Below are positions 57,329-64,000 of a stretch of DNA of 64,000 nt, in pieces (the stretch's first letter is position 1; every line of letters starts with the position of its first letter). The notes beneath the pieces were generated by a model. It was not told the origin of the DNA. It searched no databases and saw only the letters and a program-made list of their open reading frames with translations. The stretch lies in contig CAVSAI010000029.1 in the NCBI GenBank assembly GCA_963725825.1, positions 54,185 to 118,184 on the forward strand, in the 5' to 3' direction. The position numbers were made by a program, and so were the translations under genes. The DNA is from Candidatus Aminicenantes bacterium. Its GTDB lineage: Bacteria > Acidobacteriota > Aminicenantia > Aminicenantales > Saccharicenantaceae.

Positions 57329-59421
57329 TGGAATTCCTTCTCGAGCTGCTGACCGAGGAGCTTCCGGCCTCCCATATCCGCGCGGCCTTCGAGCAGCTCG
57401 AGAGCGGCTTCCGCAAGGAGCTTGTCGAGGCCCGCATCGAGATCGGCTCGCTCGAGATTCTGGCGACGCCCCGGCGCCTCGTCGTCGCCGCCGATCTCGC
57501 CGAGGGCCAGGAGGATCGGGAGGAGCTGGTCACGGGGCCGCCCCTGGCCATCGCCAAAGGACCTGACGGCGCCCTGACCGCGGCCGGAAAGGGATTCGCG
57601 AGATCCCAGGGCGTCGACGAGAGCCTGCTCGAGGCCGTGCGGACGCCCAAAGGCGAATACCTCGGCTTCCGCCGCAGGGCCAAGGGGACGCCGACCGCGG
57701 AGATCCTGGCGGCCGCCGTGCCCCGCGTCCTGGGCTCTCTCTCGTTCCCCAAGATGATGCGCTGGGGATCGAGTCCTTTCCGCTTCTCCCGGCCCATCCA
57801 CGGCCTGCTCTGCATCTTCGGGGGCTTGCCCGTCGCGACATCGTTCGAGGGCTTCCAGGCTTCCGACGGGACGGTCGGCCACCGGATCGCATCGCCCGGC
57901 CCGATCAAGGTCAAGGATCTCGCCTCCTACCGGGAAGCCCTGGCAAAGAGCTTCGTCGTCATCGACCCGGCCGACCGCAAGAAGATGATCCAGACCCAGA
58001 TCGAAGCCGCCCTGGCCCCGCTCAAGGCCAAGGTCTTCCCGGACGCGGAGCTCGTCGACGACCTGACCCTCAACGTCGAGCACCCGCTGGTCATCTTCGG
58101 CGCCTTCCCCGAAGCCTACCTCAGCCTGCCGCTCGAGGTCCTGGCCACGGCCATGCGCGAAGGCCAGAAGCTCTTCTCCGTCGTCCGCGACAGGAAGCAG
58201 CTGGCCTGCTTCCTGGGGGTGGCCGACGCTCCCGCCGATGCCAAAGGCCTGATCAGGCGAGGGAACGAGCGCGTCCTCAGGGCCCGCCTCGCGGACGCCC
58301 GGTTCTTCTGGGACCAGGACCGCAAGATCCCCTTATGCGACAGGGCCGCCGGCTTGAAGAACGTCATCTTCCAGGAGAAGCTCGGCACGTATGAGGACAA
58401 GACCCAGCGCCTGAAGAAGATCGCCGGCTATCTTTGCGACAAGCTGGGGGCGTCCGAAGTCAGGGAGGACGCGGTCGAGGCGGCTTCGCTCTGCAAGGCG
58501 GATCTGCTGACCGACATGGTCAAGGAGTTCTCGGGCCTTCAGGGCCGCATGGGCGGTCTCTACGCCAAGGAGGAAGGTCTTCCGGCCGCCGTTCACCAGG
58601 CGATCTACGAGCACTACCAGCCGGGGAGCCTCGAGGACGCCTCGCCGGCTTCCGTCGCGGGAGCGGTCCTCTCGATCGCGGACAAGATGGATTCGGTTGT
58701 CGGCGCGATCGGCGTCGGCCTCCAGGTCAGCGGTTCGAGCGATCCCTTCGGCCTGCGCCGCAACGCCCACGGCGTCTGCAAGGTCGCGCTGGACCGAAAG
58801 CTCCGGTTCTCCTTCCCGCTGCTCATCGACCGCGTTCTCGCGGCCTATGGCGACCGCCTGACCGTCGGGCGCGCGGAAGTCAAGGCCGCCTGCCTCGATT
58901 TCTTTGCCGGGCGGCTTCGCTTCATCCTGGAGAAGAAGGGCTACCGCTACGACCTCGTCGGGGCGGCCCTCGGTCCCGGCGTCGACCAGATCGTCGACGT
59001 CCTCGCCCGGGTCGAAGCCTTGGACGCCCTCAAATCCAGTCCCCAGTTCGAGCCGTTCATCCTCATGGCCAAGAGGATCAACAACATCCTGAAGGGCGTC
59101 GTCGCGGCCAAGATCAATCCCGACCTCTTCGTCGAAAAAGAGGAGGGAGAGCTCTACTCGACGCTCTCGATCGTCAAGAGCAACGCCCAGCCGATGATCG
59201 CCCGGGGGGATTTCGCCCGGGCCCAGGGCATCATCTTCAAGCTCCAGCCCGTGTTGAACACCTTTTTCGACAAGGTCCTGGTGATGGCCGAGGACAAGAA
59301 GATCCGGCAGAACCGGCTTGGACTCCTGCAATCCATTTCCAAGATGCTCCTGGGATTCGCGGACTATTCCCAGGTCGTGGTCGAAGGGGAGAAGCCGGCC
59401 AAGTCCAAAGCTGCGCGCTAG
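57328..59421 (+). CDS. glyS: Glycine--tRNA ligase beta subunit
   Basis: [16 protein letters not shown]-terminus. 697 aa. Overlaps the glyQ stop (TGATG). Confidence 0.9.
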   Translation: MEFLLELLTEELPASHIRAAFEQLESGFRKELVEARIEIGSLEILATPRRLVVAADLAEGQEDREELVTGPPLAIAKGPDGALTAAGKGFARSQGVDESLLEAVRTPKGEYLGFRRRAKGTPTAEILAAAVPRVLGSLSFPKMMRWGSSPFRFSRPIHGLLCIFGGLPVATSFEGFQASDGTVGHRIASPGPIKVKDLASYREALAKSFVVIDPADRKKMIQTQIEAALAPLKAKVFPDAELVDDLTLNVEHPLVIFGAFPEAYLSLPLEVLATAMREGQKLFSVVRDRKQLACFLGVADAPADAKGLIRRGNERVLRARLADARFFWDQDRKIPLCDRAAGLKNVIFQEKLGTYEDKTQRLKKIAGYLCDKLGASEVREDAVEAASLCKADLLTDMVKEFSGLQGRMGGLYAKEEGLPAAVHQAIYEHYQPGSLEDASPASVAGAVLSIADKMDSVVGAIGVGLQVSGSSDPFGLRRNAHGVCKVALDRKLRFSFPLLIDRVLAAYGDRLTVGRAEVKAACLDFFAGRLRFILEKKGYRYDLVGAALGPGVDQIVDVLARVEALDALKSSPQFEPFILMAKRINNILKGVVAAKINPDLFVEKEEGELYSTLSIVKSNAQPMIARGDFARAQGIIFKLQPVLNTFFDKVLVMAEDKKIRQNRLGLLQSISKMLLGFADYSQVVVEGEKPAKSKAAR

Positions 59422-59430
59422 GCGGCCCGT

Positions 59431-59865
59431 TCAGGCGCCGAGCTCGCCGGTCTTAGGCGGGGCGGCCGGGGCCGGCGGCTCGACACATTTCATTTCCAGC
59501 GAGACGATCTTGATCAAGGTCTGCGGGACGTTCTGGCCCTTTTCGAGCCCATAAGGGTTGAACTGGACGCCGGCCTGATATTTATAGCTCTTGCCGGCAT
59601 TGAAGGTCGACCAGCGGACACGGCCCCTGAGGTCGAGGGGCACGCGTTCCCCCGGGATCGACAGCTGGATGGATATCCTCGACTTGAACTTGAGGGGTTT
59701 CTGGGTCAGGAAGCGGACGCCGCCTCGGCTGAGATCGAGGACCGGACAGAACTCCTCGTCGGTCCGGGCCTTGGACGAAAAGAGGCCTTCTTTCCTGTAA
59801 GAGACCGTTGCCCCGGGGATCGTGAACCGCTGACAGAGACGTCGTTCGACTTCCTTATCGCCCAT
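59431..59865 (-). CDS. PilZ-domain protein (c-di-GMP-binding-like)
   Basis: RxxxR-like segment near the N-terminus and LDLSRGGVRF (DxSxGG) motif. Confidence 0.6.
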   Translation of the reverse strand: MGDKEVERRLCQRFTIPGATVSYRKEGLFSSKARTDEEFCPVLDLSRGGVRFLTQKPLKFKSRISIQLSIPGERVPLDLRGRVRWSTFNAGKSYKYQAGVQFNPYGLEKGQNVPQTLIKIVSLEMKCVEPPAPAAPPKTGELGA

Positions 59866-59984
59866 CTCGGTCCTCCGTTCTTTCAGGCCAATCCCGCGGC
59901 CTGCGGGCCGGAGGCTGTCCGCCGGCAGCCTCCTCCATGCCGAAGATATAGCAGAGGCCGGGTTCCGAAGTCAAATCGGGCCCC

Positions 59985-61058
59985 CTAGTCCTTGAGGATG
60001 ACGGCCCGGGACGGAGGGAGGGACAGGGAGGCCCGGGCCGAGACGGACTGTCCGGCGGAGGTCGTCCTGGAATACGCGAACGACAGGACGCTGACCTTCT
60101 GGTAGGACGGTGCCGCGGGTTTCGGCGGCCTCTTGGAGACCAGGTCCTTGATCGCCTTGTAGGCCAGGGCGAGGGCGTCCACGATATTGACGCCGCTCAT
60201 CAGGGGATCGTTCTTCGGGGGCGGCATATAAGGCTTCTGCCCCTGCATGAGCGGCCCGCCGAGAGGGAAGGTGAAGGGGACTGGCTTGGCCGCGATCTTG
60301 CGGCTTCTCAGCACCAGCTTGCCGTCGATGTAGACCGAGATCTCGCCTTCCTGGATGGGCCTCAGCGGCACGGTCGGCGGGGGCGTGAAGCTCTCTTCGG
60401 AGGCCGGGGCCCGCGACGGGGCGATGTCGGCGATATCGACCTTGACGCGCACCGGCTTGCGGACGACGAGATCGCCGGCCTTGAGGTCGAGAACGAATTC
60501 GTACGTGTCCGAGCGCGTGAAGAGGTCCCGCAGAGGGATGGTCAAGATGTGGAACCCCTTCGGCCAATAGCCGCCCTCAAGGATGTAGGGACCGAGCGAG
60601 ATCCGGTAGAAGGCCTCGTTCAGGAGCTCGAGGCCGACGTCGACCGAGGCCGGGAGTCCCGTCGCCGGGGTCTTCGAGTACGAGAGGAGGTTGAGGTCGT
60701 AGACGAGCGGATAGACCCGCTTCCAGGAGGCCCAGAAGGCGAGGAAGTCGCGAAGCGTATATTCGTCGAGGAAGCCGAAGTCGGGGTCGTTATCCAGGTA
60801 GGTCTCGAAGTAATCCGAAACGAGGGCCGTTTCGCCGTCCTTGTCACCGAGCTTGGCCGCAAGGAAGGGCAGGATGACGGCTGCCGTCTGCTTGTCTTCG
60901 GGCTCGAGCTTCTTGGATTCAACGGAGAGAAAATCCCAGGCGGCCCGGTAGTCGGGGTTGCGGCCGAGGCGGGCGTTGAGGTCCGTCTTCCAGTCGGCCC
61001 GGAGGCCGGCCGCAAGCGCGAGGGCCATGAGGAGACCGGCGGCTGCTCTCTTAATCAT
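59985..61058 (-). CDS. Secreted hypothetical protein co-transcribed with the TonB-like gene
   Basis: Start MIKRAAAGLLMALALAAGLRA (signal peptide). The upstream TonB gene overlaps by 8 nt. No family recognised. Confidence 0.5.
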   Translation of the reverse strand: MIKRAAAGLLMALALAAGLRADWKTDLNARLGRNPDYRAAWDFLSVESKKLEPEDKQTAAVILPFLAAKLGDKDGETALVSDYFETYLDNDPDFGFLDEYTLRDFLAFWASWKRVYPLVYDLNLLSYSKTPATGLPASVDVGLELLNEAFYRISLGPYILEGGYWPKGFHILTIPLRDLFTRSDTYEFVLDLKAGDLVVRKPVRVKVDIADIAPSRAPASEESFTPPPTVPLRPIQEGEISVYIDGKLVLRSRKIAAKPVPFTFPLGGPLMQGQKPYMPPPKNDPLMSGVNIVDALALAYKAIKDLVSKRPPKPAAPSYQKVSVLSFAYSRTTSAGQSVSARASLSLPPSRAVILKD

Positions 61059-61995
61059 TGTAGACGAACTCGAAGTTGATCTCGAGAAGGTCGCCGGGGA
61101 AATCAGCGGGGAGAGGAGGGAAGGGGAGCGAGGCCCTGATGGCATCGAGGGCGGCCCGGTCTAGCGCCTCGAGGCTGGTGCCCTCGAGGATCTCGATCGA
61201 ATCGAGCTCGCCGGTTTTCTTGATCACGACGATCATGCTGATCTTGGCCGCTTCGGGAACTTCCGGCACCGCCGGGAGGGCCCAATTGAGCTGGAGCCGG
61301 TCGATGACCTTGGTCGCCCAAGGCAGAAGATCGTAGCCTTTGAGGGGAATGGACATCCCGACGCGCTGGCGGCCCCCTCCGCCTCCGCCGCCCCCTCGGC
61401 CGGTCCCCCTTCCCCCTGTTCCGTACCCGCCGACGCCGCCGCCATAGGCTCCGCGGTTGTATTTCGAAAAGTCGGGGAGGGGAGCGCCCGTCCCGATGCC
61501 CGGAGGACCAGGGGGGGTCCCCGGCGGGGCCAGGGGGATAGTCAGGTCGGACTTTCCGTGAATGGCCATCGACTCCTGGAATCGCGAGGACAGGGACGGG
61601 ATGGCGGAACCCGATCCTGGCGGCGGGACCGTTCCCCCGCCGGCCGGCTGCGCCGGCTGCGCCGGGGCGGGCTCGGGCTCCACTCTGGCCACCTCCGGCT
61701 TCGGCGCGGGCCTCGATGGTGCCGCGGCCCCCCGGCCTTCCCCCGGGACCTCATCGAGCCCATGGCCCCCGACGATCCTCGGGATCGTCATGTTGAGAGG
61801 GGGGACGAGCATGACCGGCTGGACCTGTTCTCTGGCGAAGGGAAGGACCTTGACCGTGAAACGGCCGAAAACGATCAGGAAGCCCAGGACCGCATGGACC
61901 AATACGGTAACGAGAATGCCGATGGCCCTATCGCGGCCCGACGGCTTTTCTTCTTTCGGCTTGACGAGCGAATCCTCAAACATGGGTGAGATCAT
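61051..61995 (-). CDS. TonB-family energy transducer (TM anchor, Pro/Gly-rich spacer, C-terminal TonB domain)
   Basis: N-terminal TM helix, PAPAQPAQP and GGGG-rich linker, C-terminal ...ISMIVVIKKTGELDSIEILEGTS..LDRAALDAIRAS. Confidence 0.7.
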   Translation of the reverse strand: MISPMFEDSLVKPKEEKPSGRDRAIGILVTVLVHAVLGFLIVFGRFTVKVLPFAREQVQPVMLVPPLNMTIPRIVGGHGLDEVPGEGRGAAAPSRPAPKPEVARVEPEPAPAQPAQPAGGGTVPPPGSGSAIPSLSSRFQESMAIHGKSDLTIPLAPPGTPPGPPGIGTGAPLPDFSKYNRGAYGGGVGGYGTGGRGTGRGGGGGGGGRQRVGMSIPLKGYDLLPWATKVIDRLQLNWALPAVPEVPEAAKISMIVVIKKTGELDSIEILEGTSLEALDRAALDAIRASLPFPPLPADFPGDLLEINFEFVYND

Positions 61996-62116
61996 CCAGG
62001 CAGTCCATTATATTACAATCCCGGTCAGGCCCGAAGAGTTACAAAGGGCGCTCGTTGCCATTCCCTCGTTGGGGCGCATCGTCATATTCGTTACCGGATC
62101 CCATCCGGGGAATGGC

Positions 62117-64000
62117 TCAAGCGCCCTGGATGGCCGAGCGGGGAGAGGCAAGAAGGTAGACGAAGCAAAGGGCGTTGAGGAGGGTCAGGCGGAGGAGCAG
62201 GGCGGGGATGCCGAAAAGGGGAATGATCAGGGTCGAAGCCAGAATGACCCCGGCGAAAGAGGCCAGGAGGTCGACACCGTAGCCGAGGCCCGGGTGGGGG
62301 ACTTCCGGAAGAAGCTGCCTGTTGACCGCCACGAAGAGGTATCCCCCGAGGATGCCGAAGCCGAACAGAATGGCTGTCGAGGCAGGCTCGCCTCCGGCCC
62401 CCGAAACGACCCTGGAAGTGAGGAGTAGGAGGAGCACGAACGAACCCTGGATGACGGCCAGGTCGAGGCCCCCCGATCGTCTCCGGGACCCGGCCGCGAA
62501 CGACCCGGCGGCCAGCCCGGCCATGAACAGCGCGAGAAGCAGAGGGATCTTTCCGTAGACGAAGCCGAAGCGGGCCTGAAAGGCGACGAATACGGCCAGT
62601 TCCACGGTTATCGAGGTGAAGCCCATCACGGCCAGCGGGACGAGCAGGCGTGCCGCAGAGCGACGCCTGAAAATCGCCAGCAGAAGGAGGACCAGAGCGA
62701 AGGCAGCCAGCGGAGCGTCCAGCATCCAGCCTGGACCGATGCGGCCGGCCGCGCGAAGGAGCCGCGACTCGACTCCTCGGAACTGTCCTGCCCACAGGAC
62801 CGAATGGAAATAATAGCTGACGGGGACGAGGTCGCGATTGATCCTCGCGCCAGGCGCGGATAGCTTGCGGGCCAGGTATTCGACGCGACCCGGATCGAGC
62901 CTGGCAGGGAGCATGCCCGGGCTGACGTAACGCAGGTCCAGGCCGAGCCTGACGATGGAGGCCGAAAGCCGGCCGGGGTCGATCGACAGCGGGCCGTCGG
63001 AGGCCAGAAAGACGCAATTGGCGCCGGGGACGGCCACGACGCTCGGGAAGACGCCCCGGAGAGTCGCCGCGAGCGAGCCCAAGAACTGCCCCAGAGCGTC
63101 GCTGATATAGTTCTCGGCGGAGGGCACGGTGAACCCGAAAACTCCCCCCGGCCGGAGCTTTTGCCTCACTTGGAGAAAGAATTCCCGGGTGTAATAGCGA
63201 TTGACCTGGGCGGTCGCCGGCTCCGGCAGGCTGAGGAGGATCGCATCGTAGCGCTCGTCCGTCGCGGCGACAAATGAGCGGCCGTCGCGATAGAAGATGC
63301 GGACCCTCGGGTCGTCAAGAGCCTCCCGATCAGGGCCGGCCAGGAGCCTTTTAGCCTGTCGGATCACCTCCGGGTCGAGCTCGACGCAGTCGACACGCGT
63401 CCCGGGATACTTCAGAGCCTCGGCGGCGCCCCCGCTGGCGCCGCCCCCGACGAGAAGGACGCTTCCCGGCGGGTCCCGCTGCAGCAGGGCGAAGTGGATC
63501 GATTCCTCGGCCGCCCCTTCGTCGGGATGGGAGAAGACGGCCAGGCCGTTGTCAAAGAACGTGAGCTGCTCTTCATTCCGGACGACCTGGAGCTTGCCAT
63601 ATGGCGTATCCCGGGCCTCGATCAGGCGGAGGGGATCCCAGGCCGCCTTCTGGGCCGGGAGATCGAATCCGGCCAGGACAGCAGCCAGCACGACGGCCGC
63701 CGCCGGCAGGACCTTCCACCGGCCGGGCTTCATCGTGACCACGACCATGGCCGCGGCCGCCGCGCCGACGATGGCGGCCCCCTGCCAATTCGAAAGCCTC
63801 GGAATGAGCACGAAGTTGACGACGAGGCCGGCCGCCGCCGACCCGGCCGACTCGAGGATATAGACTGCCGGTACGCCGCCGCCGTGGGACCCTGCGTTGA
63901 GGGCGAACGAGTGACCCAGGGGAAAGCTCAGAAAGAGGCTGAATACGAGGGCGAATCCCAAAGCGGGTACGAGGCCCGTCAGCTCGGCCGGAAGGATGCC
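62117..64000 (-). CDS. Spermidine-synthase-family aminopropyltransferase fused to multi-helix membrane domains; 5' end (N-terminus) outside the window
   Basis: Central SpeE-like domain (LLVGGGASGG...DCVELDPEV...YDAILLSLPEP) flanked by hydrophobic TM-rich segments. The reading frame stays open to the window edge. Confidence 0.65.
   Translation of the reverse strand, partial: GILPAELTGLVPALGFALVFSLFLSFPLGHSFALNAGSHGGGVPAVYILESAGSAAAGLVVNFVLIPRLSNWQGAAIVGAAAAAMVVVTMKPGRWKVLPAAAVVLAAVLAGFDLPAQKAAWDPLRLIEARDTPYGKLQVVRNEEQLTFFDNGLAVFSHPDEGAAEESIHFALLQRDPPGSVLLVGGGASGGAAEALKYPGTRVDCVELDPEVIRQAKRLLAGPDREALDDPRVRIFYRDGRSFVAATDERYDAILLSLPEPATAQVNRYYTREFFLQVRQKLRPGGVFGFTVPSAENYISDALGQFLGSLAATLRGVFPSVVAVPGANCVFLASDGPLSIDPGRLSASIVRLGLDLRYVSPGMLPARLDPGRVEYLARKLSAPGARINRDLVPVSYYFHSVLWAGQFRGVESRLLRAAGRIGPGWMLDAPLAAFALVLLLLAIFRRRSAARLLVPLAVMGFTSITVELAVFVAFQARFGFVYGKIPLLLALFMAGLAAGSFAAGSRRRSGGLDLAVIQGSFVLLLLLTSRVVSGAGGEPASTAILFGFGILGGYLFVAVNRQLLPEVPHPGLGYGVDLLASFAGVILASTLIIPLFGIPALLLRLTLLNALCFVYLLASPRSAIQGA

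Overview
This is a high-GC (about 65-70%) bacterial chromosomal segment, densely packed with coding sequence on both strands; many genes overlap by 1-8 nt, indicating translational coupling. The gene content is housekeeping and central metabolism mixed with a notable number of secreted or lipoprotein glycoside hydrolases and peptidases. Specific content:
- an indolepyruvate ferredoxin oxidoreductase (iorA, partial at the window edge, and iorB) overlapping an ADP-forming acyl-CoA synthetase gene;
- a convergent octaheme c-type cytochrome lipoprotein;
- a tightly coupled four-gene operon: secreted hypothetical protein, Tat-exported DUF362 protein, FmdB zinc ribbon, and RmuC;
- yggS, dgt, tkt, a thermonuclease, FAD-dependent oxidases and an ACT-domain protein;
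- GH95-like, GH106-like and GH20 lipoproteins, a NagX-like membrane protein, and M14 and YugP peptidases;
- a probable long-type SRP RNA;
- serS and two tRNA-Ser genes bracketing a small cluster in which the last gene has visibly lower GC;
- a five-gene minus-strand operon (M20 hydrolase, Gfo/Idh/MocA with an apparent frameshift, class III aminotransferase, SDR, Zn-ADH);
- flavodiiron protein, mutY, a GldA/F/G-like ABC transporter with DUF4340, and argS;
- a single operon gcvT-gcvH-gcvPA-gcvPB-glyQ-glyS;
- a PilZ protein, a TonB-like protein with a secreted partner, and a membrane-fused spermidine-synthase-like gene at the window edge.
No transposase, integrase or CRISPR array was seen. The most unusual signal is a roughly 200-nt multi-hairpin non-coding element present in two intergenic copies, with base-pair-preserving (compensatory) substitutions between them; one copy directly follows the SRP RNA. 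All protein-family assignments are from reading motifs by eye, with no database search, and boundaries of the RNA features are approximate.
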